DNA of 64,000 nucleotides from Candidatus Heimdallarchaeota archaeon (GCA_048881705.1 JBHLSH010000001.1:128001-192000), one strand, 5' to 3'; positions 32,180-41,600 are shown, counted from the stretch's first letter. The notes: a model not told the origin generated them from the sequence alone. Made by a program: numbers and translations.

Positions 32180-33598
32180 TTAAAAGCTTATTTTTTTGGC
32201 TAAATCTTGAATTATTTCCCATGCCTGGTTGACATGTCTCTCTTGAGTATCGGTTTGGCCTACTACGAATCGTAGACTATAGTTTCCATTCAGTTTCGTA
32301 TGAGTTAGATAGAGTTTTCCCGTTTGATTCGCTCTTACAAGCAATTCCTCATTCATTCTATTGAGTTTCTCCATATCTCTAATGGATGAGGGCTTATATC
32401 TGAAACAAATTGTATTCAACGGAACTGGTGCTAATAATTCAAAATCATCTGCTTGTTCGATTTTCTTTTTCAGCATGTCTGTCATATCTAAATGATATCG
32501 GATTTTTTCTTGCAACCCAGAAACACCAAAATGCCTGATAACAAACCATAACTTCAATGCCCGAAATCTTCGGCCAAGTGGAACCCCCCAATCTCGATAG
32601 TTATTCACATTTCTGGCCTGCGTCTTGAGATATTCGGGAGTGATCTCAAATGTCCGTACAAGAGCCTCGGAATCCTTTATGAAGTAAGCATTGCAGTCAA
32701 AATTTGTAAACATCCACTTATGAGGATTGAATGTGAATGTGTCAACATATTCTATCCCCTCAATCATCCAACGCTTTTCAGGGAGAAGTAGGGCGGTTCC
32801 TGCCAAAGCTGCGTCCACATGAAGCCATATCTTATACTTACTACAAATTTCCCCGATACGCCTTATTGGATCAATCGCGGTGGATCCAGTCGTTCCGATC
32901 GTAGCCACAACGGCCAGTGGAGTAAATCCATCATTAAGATCCCTTTTAATGATTTCGTCTAGTTTATCAGGTCGTAGCGCATAATTCTGATCCACGGAAA
33001 CCTTCCTTAAATTGTTCTTTCCTAACCCAACGATCTTGACGTCTTTCTCAATACTCGAGTGTGTTTCACTTGAACAATATATTGTAAAAGCTCTTTTGTT
33101 ATACAATCCAGTAGCATTGACCTCATAGTGAGTAGCCTTCTCTCTTGCGGTCAAAAGTGAGCAGAGAGTTGCAGTCGATGCTGTATCTTGAATTACCCCA
33201 GAAAAGGACTTGGGTAATCCAATCATATCCCTCAACCAATTCATCATCTTTTCTTCTAGCTCTGCGGCTGCAGGGGAGGTATCCCAAATCATACACTGTG
33301 CAGCAAGAGTAGCTGTCAACATTTCAGCCAAAATAGATGGTCGGCTACTATTTGCAGGAAAATATGCGAAAAAACAGGGATGTTGCCAATGAGTAATTCC
33401 AGGAATGATTTTGTTTTCGAATTCACTGAATATGTGATTGAAATCCTCACCCACGGTTGGTGGTTCATCTGGGATCTGATTATAGATCTCACGAGGTTTA
33501 ACCTGTGATTTCACTGGATATTGTTCAACTGTCCCTAAATAATCAGTCATCCAATCAACTAGTATATGACCATTCTTACGAAATTCTTCTAAATCCAT
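32180..33598 (-). CDS. PLP-dependent aromatic L-amino acid decarboxylase (group II)
   Basis: PGITHWQHP.FFAYFP, SPAAAELE, HSSIEK, WLHVDAA, FNPHKW, DWGVPLGRRFRALKLWFV; start moved to ATG 33598. Confidence 0.92.
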   Translation of the reverse strand: MDLEEFRKNGHILVDWMTDYLGTVEQYPVKSQVKPREIYNQIPDEPPTVGEDFNHIFSEFENKIIPGITHWQHPCFFAYFPANSSRPSILAEMLTATLAAQCMIWDTSPAAAELEEKMMNWLRDMIGLPKSFSGVIQDTASTATLCSLLTAREKATHYEVNATGLYNKRAFTIYCSSETHSSIEKDVKIVGLGKNNLRKVSVDQNYALRPDKLDEIIKRDLNDGFTPLAVVATIGTTGSTAIDPIRRIGEICSKYKIWLHVDAALAGTALLLPEKRWMIEGIEYVDTFTFNPHKWMFTNFDCNAYFIKDSEALVRTFEITPEYLKTQARNVNNYRDWGVPLGRRFRALKLWFVIRHFGVSGLQEKIRYHLDMTDMLKKKIEQADDFELLAPVPLNTICFRYKPSSIRDMEKLNRMNEELLVRANQTGKLYLTHTKLNGNYSLRFVVGQTDTQERHVNQAWEIIQDLAKKISF

Positions 33599-33706
33599 TT
33601 TAAAAACCAATTTCCTTATACTAACGCTAAGAATGAACGATGTAGACTTCCAAAACTTAGGGAATCAAAATTTCACCCAAGAAGCATTTGGACAGAGGCG
33701 CGGAGA

Positions 33707-34186
33707 GTGTTTTTTAAAGTATGTTCGCACCACATTCTTGGCGATCATATTCTCGCAAACTTGGTATGGGGTTTATTTGTGGTGAATAACGAGATTTTCT
33801 CACTTGAGGAGCCTTTTTCGTTTACGGAATTAGAAAAGAAAGGTTTAAGCATTAAACGGTCGGATCTAGCACAATTTGTAGAAAAAGGGAAACTGATGAG
33901 TAAAAAGATAGGCCGAATGACAATCTATTGGAATCATCCTTCGGTGACACCCGAAGCTACAACGGGCCTTGATTCCTTAGTTAATCGACTGGAATTGGAA
34001 AACCAGGAACTGAAACGTGAGCTGCAATCTGAACGTGAAAAGGTACGCCGGTTTGAAATTCAAAATGGAGTTGACGAGCCGTGGAAAGAGGCAGCACTGG
34101 CCATGGCTCAAACCCTAGCTGAGCAAAAAGGAATTTCAATGCGGGAGGTGCTTGGTTATTTCAATGCTCCCCTTAATGAATTATGA
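33707..34186 (+). CDS. Mnd1-like winged-helix plus coiled-coil protein (true start probably GTG 33779 or 33782)
   Basis: EIFS...F.FTELEK.KG...L..FVE.G.L..KKIG....YW..PS followed by a coiled coil parallels the eukaryotic Mnd1 N-terminus. Confidence 0.6.
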   Translation: MFFKVCSHHILGDHILANLVWGLFVVNNEIFSLEEPFSFTELEKKGLSIKRSDLAQFVEKGKLMSKKIGRMTIYWNHPSVTPEATTGLDSLVNRLELENQELKRELQSEREKVRRFEIQNGVDEPWKEAALAMAQTLAEQKGISMREVLGYFNAPLNEL

Positions 34187-34196
34187 AGGCGATTTG

Positions 34197-35087
34197 TCAT
34201 GTATCAAGTTCTTCCGATAAATCTGCAAGAGGAACTTCTTCCGCCTCTTTTTCTCCAGTTTCCCCTTCCTGAACCTCTCGAATCTCAGTTACTTCAGCCA
34301 CTGTCTGGAAGATGCTATGAAGATCTTTGACTCGGAATTCATGTTCTTCTTCTTCGATTATTGTTGGTAAATGAACTTCCGCCCAAACTTCATTTCCTGA
34401 ATACCCTGTGAATGCAGAATGCATCTGCAGCTTCTCTTCGATAATTACTGAGTCCGTTAAGGTCAGGTTGGCAAAGCGAAGCTCGATAAAACTGCCTTCG
34501 CTCTCCATCTCTACCTCAAGTGCAAAAGATTCCGCAAGGATTTCTGCGATAGACTGGAACATAGCTAAACTATGAATACTAGTGTCTTGTGCATTGACCA
34601 AGCAGAGATCTAGCTTTGGCCAGAGAATAAAAAGCATTCCTCGAACGTAATGTGTTTCGATAAGGTAATCCTGACTGCCTACAACCTCAGCCGGCTTCCT
34701 GCTAAACGATCTTTTCAACAAATCTGAGGCTGCACGACGGGATTTCGAATGTTTCTCGTGAATGATGGAGTAAAAATCATCTGTATGCACATAAACATCG
34801 GCCAACAGTGTGTGCCCTTCTTTGAACGAACGGGTGAGTTCCTTCACTCGCTGTGAATAACAGAATGTAGGCATCCCCTTCTTAGGCTCGCGTTTCAGTA
34901 ATAGGACGTCCAAATACCGCCTTTCTGTACATTTCGGCCGAAGCATGTTCACAACTTTGTTATTCTGACATTGTTTAAGACAAAACTCCTTCCGATCCCG
35001 AACCATTTCCTCCCAGAGTGTAACGCCAGATACCCGGTTTAAGAAGCCCTGTGCAGTTTTGGAGCTTTCATTATCTGTCCAATTCAC
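34197..35087 (-). CDS. Hypothetical protein with an acidic tail
   Basis: 296-aa ORF, no recognised family; convergent with the Mnd1-like gene (10 bp gap). Confidence 0.65.
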   Translation of the reverse strand: MNWTDNESSKTAQGFLNRVSGVTLWEEMVRDRKEFCLKQCQNNKVVNMLRPKCTERRYLDVLLLKREPKKGMPTFCYSQRVKELTRSFKEGHTLLADVYVHTDDFYSIIHEKHSKSRRAASDLLKRSFSRKPAEVVGSQDYLIETHYVRGMLFILWPKLDLCLVNAQDTSIHSLAMFQSIAEILAESFALEVEMESEGSFIELRFANLTLTDSVIIEEKLQMHSAFTGYSGNEVWAEVHLPTIIEEEEHEFRVKDLHSIFQTVAEVTEIREVQEGETGEKEAEEVPLADLSEELDT

Positions 35088-35410
35088 GAGAGTTCATCCA
35101 ACCTATGACTGTCTGGCTGGGATACCCTTGCAAAACCACTTCCTAAAAACCCATCCCTACGAAGAAGCAGTTTGTTTAATGTCCGTACTGCCCAATTAAG
35201 ACTCCATAGAGGATGCAAGCTGTCTTATTAAACCTTTTATTTCGCTCAGAAATGTGTACTCAGACCCAAATAACATTTTATATTGTTTTACAACTAGTAA
35301 GGGGTTAAAAAATGATCAACCACCGATATTCACGAGTAGGATCCTCTGTGTTTATTATGTTGCTCGCAGTAGAGACTATAACCTAGATTACGATATTAAA
35401 TCCGTGAAAA

Positions 35411-36487
35411 TCATCTCATTTCCAGTGAGGTTCCACAAAAAGCACACACAGGTTGATCTTTCCCTTCCTGTACCTCGTTTGTGTTTTTGCAGTTGTGACA
35501 AAGGATGTAAACATTCACATCGTCTAATCTTCCTAGCGTGCCTTTTCCAGATAATGTTGAACCCTCCGCCTGCTCTTTCATTTTCATGAAAAGCGGATTT
35601 GCTAATTCTTCTAAATTTTTTAAGGTATCTTGCAGATCTGAGAATTTTGCTTGCTCCTCTGCTTCTCGCTTCTTATGCTCGTGGTATTCTTTTCGTTGCT
35701 TCGGCGTCATTCGTTCTAATTGTTGTAATTCTCTCAATCGATCCCGAAATTGATTTCGTTGAGTAAGGGATAATGAGTCGAGGAATTCGGGTGTGAAATT
35801 GGCTAGATCTACCAAATTCATGCTAGAAAAATCAATTTCATCTAAATTAGATGCTATATTCACAGAATTTGCCTGGGGCGGAGGGGGGGGAGGAGGAACT
35901 CCTGAAATTCCCTGCGATGGAGGGTGATTATTCGCGTTCATCCCCTTTGCTACTGATTGAATCTCGAACCGCAAATCCTTACGGATGGTGGCCAGAATCT
36001 CCCTCCGAATATCGTTTAAAGAGATTCGTCCTTGGTTTGCATTTTTGGATTTCATTTCTTCGATTTGTGCTTCTAGCGTTTTAAGACGTTTTGCAAGACC
36101 CTCGTCCACACCAGTACTTACCATACTCATCTGTTTTATGCACGACTCGCACATTCCATCAATGAGCTCATCTTGAAAGGCCCCTCGACCACAGGTTCGG
36201 CAGCTTTGAACCATACTAGCTAAATCAGAAAGCATACCACGCGACCTGTTACCTTTTACTCCCGATTTTTTTCTTATAGGTTGAGAACGTCTTTTTTGCC
36301 CAGATGAACCCCTTTTGGGTTTTTTAATGGTAGGACTAGGTTTTTCAGAAACATCTACCCTGATACGGGACGTTTGGAAACTTCCCAATTCTGCGAGAAC
36401 TTCATCAACCAGCTGAAAGGGATTTTTGAGAACATTCACGACCGAAGTGAGACGTTTGATTGTTTCTTTTTCTAATCCATCTGACAT
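35411..36487 (-). CDS. Multidomain protein: two C4 Zn sites, a short coiled coil and a polyproline tract
   Basis: CRTC...CESC, LNDIRREILATIRKDL, GVPPPPPPPQ, C-terminal CHNC...CAFC; 3 bp after the stop of the upstream gene with a GGTGA SD-like site. Confidence 0.75.
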   Translation of the reverse strand: MSDGLEKETIKRLTSVVNVLKNPFQLVDEVLAELGSFQTSRIRVDVSEKPSPTIKKPKRGSSGQKRRSQPIRKKSGVKGNRSRGMLSDLASMVQSCRTCGRGAFQDELIDGMCESCIKQMSMVSTGVDEGLAKRLKTLEAQIEEMKSKNANQGRISLNDIRREILATIRKDLRFEIQSVAKGMNANNHPPSQGISGVPPPPPPPQANSVNIASNLDEIDFSSMNLVDLANFTPEFLDSLSLTQRNQFRDRLRELQQLERMTPKQRKEYHEHKKREAEEQAKFSDLQDTLKNLEELANPLFMKMKEQAEGSTLSGKGTLGRLDDVNVYILCHNCKNTNEVQEGKDQPVCAFCGTSLEMR

Positions 36488-36490
36488 TTA

Positions 36491-37198
36491 CTACTCACCA
36501 CGATCTGGAATTTCCAATCCCGCCCTTTTCATAATAGAGCGCGCGGCCATTCCCTCGAACGAATCTGCTCCCTTCTTTGAATCATCAATTATAATTGCTA
36601 CCATTTTTACAAGGGATTCGAAGGATGGATTGATGAAATAGCGGATACCTGCTTCGAGAAGTTCACCAGGAGTGATATTACGCCGAATTGCTGCTTGGTT
36701 AATTGCGGGCATATTCTGCTTAATTGTATCTAATACTTGTGGATCTAGGATTTGGATCTCAACCAGCTGTTTTTCCAGATTCTCAATGTAGCTTTTTTTT
36801 TCTTTTAATTGGATGGTTAGGTTTTGTACGGACCGCTGGTAGTCTAAAAACCTCGAATCATCCAACAGACCACTAGAACGAACGTAATCAGTGCATACAC
36901 CACGGGAATCATTCACAATGATGTTTTGTTCCCTTTCAACCTTCTGTGCATAAAATTCTCGCCAATAGGTTTGATTAGGGAGCCCCACGTAACGTCGAGA
37001 TTGTCCCTTGGGAGATGAGACCTTAACGATCGCTACCTGATCCTGTGTTCGGTGGAGGGCCCCATCTACCTTCCCCCTCGACCATTCCAGTCTTGCTGCA
37101 AGATCTCTGACGGTCACAGGTTGAGCTAACCGTTCCAGCCTTGAAATGAGCTGAAAGTCGGTTACTTCGGAATCTCCACCGAAACCTTTGGGCACCAA
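36491..37198 (-). CDS. Winged-helix plus coiled-coil protein
   Basis: LERLAQPVTVRDLAARLEWSRGKVDGALHR helix-turn-helix; coiled coil at residues ~118-148. Confidence 0.72.
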   Translation of the reverse strand: MVPKGFGGDSEVTDFQLISRLERLAQPVTVRDLAARLEWSRGKVDGALHRTQDQVAIVKVSSPKGQSRRYVGLPNQTYWREFYAQKVEREQNIIVNDSRGVCTDYVRSSGLLDDSRFLDYQRSVQNLTIQLKEKKSYIENLEKQLVEIQILDPQVLDTIKQNMPAINQAAIRRNITPGELLEAGIRYFINPSFESLVKMVAIIIDDSKKGADSFEGMAARSIMKRAGLEIPDRGE

Positions 37199-37776
37199 TA
37201 ATCACCGAGTTTATGTTAAAAATGCGTTTAGACATGTCTATATAATAATAAAGAAATTGATAATAGAGATATTTTAGGAACGAATCATAAGATTTTGTCA
37301 GGCCATTATAAACTTGTCTATATATGAATTAAGGAAATATAATACTCCATTTTCAAACTTAATGGATCATACCGATAGAAGAGCTTCATATTTTCTGAAT
37401 CAAGTCGCTGCAATTGCAACATTTTACAACCAGAATACCTTCATGACTCAAAGGATCTTGGTCTCTATTCGATCCTGGTTCTAGGTGTCATCGAAGCCAG
37501 TTTCCTAGAGAACCCAAAATGTTTTCACCACTACTGTGATCCAGGATTAATTGCTAGGCCTGGGTATGAACCTATTCACATATTCCTGGTACCTCATTTC
37601 AAATGGCTACTTCGTAGATAGCAAGCTTGCAGACCTATTATCTACAACCTATTTCTCATTGGGGGATACAAAATCAGAACATCATAGGAAAAAAAATGGA
37701 CTTTCTTTTCAGGTTCCACTAAAGCCACTTTAATTTTTAATGCGGTATAAAAAAAGGAAACGGTTGAGCGATAATA

Positions 37777-37797
37777 TTTCGGTTTAACGTACCGAAA
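37777..37797. promoter_or_regulatory. Perfect 7-bp inverted repeat TTTCGGT-N7-ACCGAAA in an intergenic region
   Basis: Read directly from the sequence; lies in the ~800-bp divergent intergenic region. Confidence 0.3.
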
Positions 37798-38020
37798 ATC
37801 TCGCTTAGAAACCCCCAATCTATAAAATAAGCAAAAGTATCAGTGTTACGGACTCTCCGAATCATATCCTACGTACTTATTTTAAAAAACGTAGAACAAT
37901 GAAAGCAACGTAACTGAAAGCTGACTTGTCGGAACAACTGTTGCTGTGAGGTTCAAACGTACGTTTTTCCGTGAACAGAAAGCAAAAAAAAACTAATGAA
38001 GAAAAAGGAGGTCATCTTAA

Positions 38021-38470
38021 TTGATACTTGATGTCCAGAATATATTTCATAATGGAGAAGATCACGGAATCTTTGGGATCTTCGAAAACGTAAATCCAAT
38101 GTGGATTTTGATGATTGGCATGATGGTATTGTTACCTCTGCTCGCTATCTGGGCCTATCGAGATGCAAGCCATCGAGATGAGAATGCAGCGTTGTGGATA
38201 ATTGTGATTTTCTTTACCATGGGGATGGGTATCATCCTATATCTCATTTTTAGAGCTGCGGAACATCCAGCCCCTGTAGGCCGAAGCTATCCCGCTGAGC
38301 CCCAACCCGTTGCATATGGTTCTTCAACCAGAGCTCAATATGCCCCTCCCATTGAGCGCACACCCGTGTCACGCTATGGTACAAACTTTTGCGAGGTTTG
38401 TGGTGCCAAGCTTGAGGCAACCGATAGCTTCTGTCCGAAATGTGGAAGTTCAGTGAAGGTAGGTAAGTAA
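38021..38470 (+). CDS. Small membrane protein (PLDc_N-like TM pair) with a C-terminal zinc ribbon
   Basis: Two TM helices (AIWAYRDA...ALWIIVIFF...GIILYLIFR) and FCEVCG...FCPKCG; GGAGG SD before a TTG start. Confidence 0.8.
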   Translation: MILDVQNIFHNGEDHGIFGIFENVNPMWILMIGMMVLLPLLAIWAYRDASHRDENAALWIIVIFFTMGMGIILYLIFRAAEHPAPVGRSYPAEPQPVAYGSSTRAQYAPPIERTPVSRYGTNFCEVCGAKLEATDSFCPKCGSSVKVGK

Positions 38471-38522
38471 ATCTAATCATGGGCAAAAAACAAAACAAAT
38501 GAATGACTAATATCGCCTTGCA

Positions 38523-40940
38523 TTGATAGTAGGAGTTTTTTTCGCCGTGAATTCAGATTCAACACCTTCTGAGAAGGATTTTAAGACCCAGAATCAACGA
38601 TATATATCAGAAATGTTCGCTTCAGAAGTATATATGGGGCCTGATTGTTCCTGTCACATCGAGGATGTTCTCAAGAAAAAAAGTCAGCATATCATTGAAG
38701 TTCATGTAAACACGTTGGCACATACTGTCAATGTAAGGTATGATAGTCAGAATATTTCATCTAATGAAATAAAGAAAATCTTAGCACAATGTGGGTATGA
38801 ATGTTCCTCGATACCCCCTATGCATAAGATGAAAATGGGGCATCACCCTGCTGAACCTTCAAATCGAAAATCCATGGATCACGAAATGGATCACAAAGAG
38901 ATGACACACGAAGCGATGGCTCATAAAGGCATGGATCATGCGGGGAAGGATCCGTCCATGCACCATCGAATGATGGCCAAAGACATGCGAAACCGCTTTT
39001 TTATTACAGGAATCGTGACCATTCCCGTCCTATTGTTATCTCCCACAATTCAAGCCTGGCTTGGGGTGACCCTCCCGACATTCTTGGATAATGAATTCTT
39101 CAACGAGCTGCTATTATTGTTATTCTCCAGTATTATTGTTTTTTATGGAGGTCTCCCTTTTTATCTAGGAGCCAAGAGATCGCTCAAGAATCGTCAGGCT
39201 GATATGATGGTATTGGTTTCCGTTGCAGTCATTGCTGCCTATCTGTATTCTCTTGGAACTACATTTCTCCCGTTCCTATCCGAAGCCCCAGATTTTTACT
39301 GGGAAATCTCTACTCTCGTAGTATTTCTTCTCTTTGGTCATTGGATGGAGATGAGAGCAGTTAGCGGCGCTTCGGGCGCATTATCCGAACTAGTTAAGCT
39401 CGTCCCCTCGCAGGCGAATATGGTACAAGGGGAGAATATTGTAGAAGTATCAACACAGACACTGAAAGTCGATGATATCATCTTAGTGAAGCCTGGAGAA
39501 AGTATTCCAACGGATGGCATGATTGTAGAAGGACACAGTTCGGTTAACGAATCTATGATCACGGGAGAGTCAGTACCTTTACCAAAAGGCGTAAACGATA
39601 ATGTTATAGGGGGAACCATAAATGGACAAGGATCATTACGGGTGCAGGTAACAAAAATAGGTGCTGATACGACTCTTTCCCAAATTTCTCGAATGGTTCG
39701 CGATGCCCAAAGCTCTAAACCCCAGAGCCAAAAGCTTGCAGATCGGGCAGCTAATTATCTAACCATAGCAGCGTTGGGCGTGGGTTCTTTAACATTTATC
39801 TTTTGGTGGGTACTGATGGGGGCTGACCTAGCATTTGCTTTGACTCTAACAATTACAGTCATCGTGATTGCCTGCCCACATGCATTAGGATTAGCGATTC
39901 CGACTGTAACTTCAATCGCCACCAATTTGGCAGCTAAATCAGGAATGCTAATCAAGACAGGGAATACGTTTGAGGATGCACGAAATATCGATACAATTGT
40001 ATTTGACAAAACGGGAACCTTGACCTTAGGCGAATTTGGGGTATCTGACATTATTTTGACGGATGACTGGGATGAAAAAACCTTATTGATCAAAGCCGCC
40101 GCTTTAGAACAAAATTCCGAACACACCATTGCCCAGGGTATCGTTAAGAGGGCAGAACAGGAAGGCTTGTCTATCCCGAGGGTGTCCGATTTTCAAAGTA
40201 TCACTGGAAAAGGAGCAACAGCTGAATTAGAGAACCAGAAACTTCATGTTGGCAATCCACGCTTAATGAAAGAGCTCCAAATAGAACTAGGAGAATTTGA
40301 AGAAACGATAAACACCTTATCCGCCCAAGGTAAAACGGTTGTTTTGCTTGCATCCGAAAATCGTCTCAAGGGAATCATTGCATTAGCGGACATTATACGC
40401 AAGGAGTCATTTCAAGCAATTGAAGCTTTGCAACACATGGGAGTTAAGACTGCGATGTTTACAGGGGATAATGAGAGAGTCGCCAAGTATGTTGCTGACC
40501 AACTAGGACTAGATTATTATTTTGCGGAGTTATTGCCTGGCGATAAAGCAACAAAGGTCAAGGAACTCCAAAACCGAGGAATGTCGGTTGCTATGGTGGG
40601 TGATGGTGTTAATGATGCTCCAGCACTGACACAGGCGAATATTGGCATTGCAATTGGCGCGGGAACAGACGTGGCTGTGGAATCTGCCGATGTTGTTCTT
40701 ATCAAGAATAATCCTTTAGACATAGCCAAATTAATATCCCTCAGTCAGGCAACAACCCGAAAAATGAAAGAAAACCTCGTTTGGGCAACGGGATACAATA
40801 CTCTAGCCATTCCCATTGCGGCAGGATTGTTAGCACCGCTAGGAATCTTTTTACGCCCCGAATGGGGCGCTCTGGCAATGGCCGCCAGCTCTATCATTGT
40901 TGTGCTCAACGCGCTCTTATTAAGGAGACAAAAGCTTTGA
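38523..40940 (+). CDS. copB: P1B-type heavy-metal ATPase, CopB-like (Cu2+)
   Basis: TGES, CPH intramembrane motif, DKTGTLT, SEH, GDGVNDAPAL, YN in TM7, His/Met-rich N-terminal segment. Confidence 0.9.
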   Translation: MIVGVFFAVNSDSTPSEKDFKTQNQRYISEMFASEVYMGPDCSCHIEDVLKKKSQHIIEVHVNTLAHTVNVRYDSQNISSNEIKKILAQCGYECSSIPPMHKMKMGHHPAEPSNRKSMDHEMDHKEMTHEAMAHKGMDHAGKDPSMHHRMMAKDMRNRFFITGIVTIPVLLLSPTIQAWLGVTLPTFLDNEFFNELLLLLFSSIIVFYGGLPFYLGAKRSLKNRQADMMVLVSVAVIAAYLYSLGTTFLPFLSEAPDFYWEISTLVVFLLFGHWMEMRAVSGASGALSELVKLVPSQANMVQGENIVEVSTQTLKVDDIILVKPGESIPTDGMIVEGHSSVNESMITGESVPLPKGVNDNVIGGTINGQGSLRVQVTKIGADTTLSQISRMVRDAQSSKPQSQKLADRAANYLTIAALGVGSLTFIFWWVLMGADLAFALTLTITVIVIACPHALGLAIPTVTSIATNLAAKSGMLIKTGNTFEDARNIDTIVFDKTGTLTLGEFGVSDIILTDDWDEKTLLIKAAALEQNSEHTIAQGIVKRAEQEGLSIPRVSDFQSITGKGATAELENQKLHVGNPRLMKELQIELGEFEETINTLSAQGKTVVLLASENRLKGIIALADIIRKESFQAIEALQHMGVKTAMFTGDNERVAKYVADQLGLDYYFAELLPGDKATKVKELQNRGMSVAMVGDGVNDAPALTQANIGIAIGAGTDVAVESADVVLIKNNPLDIAKLISLSQATTRKMKENLVWATGYNTLAIPIAAGLLAPLGIFLRPEWGALAMAASSIIVVLNALLLRRQKL

Positions 40941-40967
40941 TTCTTTGTTCTTTTCATCTAGAAATCA

Positions 40968-41600
40968 GTGTTAAATATGAACATAAAAGGTGTCCGAAGA
41001 AGATATGATTGGTATTCGACATTTTATGACAGATTTGAACAGCCAATGGAACAAATGGTCTTCAGAGACCTAAGGAGCCTTATCATTGGATCATTGAGGG
41101 GGAAAATACTTGAGGTGGGAGTAGGTACAGGGAAAAATATCCAGTATTATCAGTCACAGACTCAAGTTATAGGTGTGGATATTAGTCCTAATATGCTAAA
41201 GAAGGCCAAACAGAAGCTTTCTTCTTTTCACGGAAAAAGGATTGAGCTAAAACTGATGGATGTAGAGGAACTATCGTTCAAAGATGAAAATTTTAATATC
41301 GTTTTGTGTACCTTTGTTTTATGTTCTGTTCCTAATCCTACCAATGCAATTCAAGAGATGCTCCGTGTCTTAAAGCCTAGAGGCCACTTAATCCTGATAG
41401 AACATGTGTTGAGCAAAATACCCCTCATTGCATATCTCCAAAAATTGGCTAATCCGTTTACGAGAGGGATTTTTGGTTTTAATATCGATCGCGATACGCT
41501 TGAGATTCTAAAACAAGAGAAGGTACTAATTTCGAAAAATCAGAATTTGACCAAGACTGACATAATGAAGTTCTTTGTCTGTGAAAGGCTAGACCGCTAA
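40968..41600 (+). CDS. Class I SAM-dependent methyltransferase
   Basis: ILEVGVGTGKN, GVDISPNML, MDVEEL, VLCSVP, LKPRG.LILIEHV. Confidence 0.9.
   Translation: MLNMNIKGVRRRYDWYSTFYDRFEQPMEQMVFRDLRSLIIGSLRGKILEVGVGTGKNIQYYQSQTQVIGVDISPNMLKKAKQKLSSFHGKRIELKLMDVEELSFKDENFNIVLCTFVLCSVPNPTNAIQEMLRVLKPRGHLILIEHVLSKIPLIAYLQKLANPFTRGIFGFNIDRDTLEILKQEKVLISKNQNLTKTDIMKFFVCERLDR

Noticed and set aside
33707-37198. Integrated virus or plasmid interpretation of the orphan module
   Set aside because: No integrase, terminal repeats, tRNA target or capsid/replication genes seen; kept as an orphan module instead.
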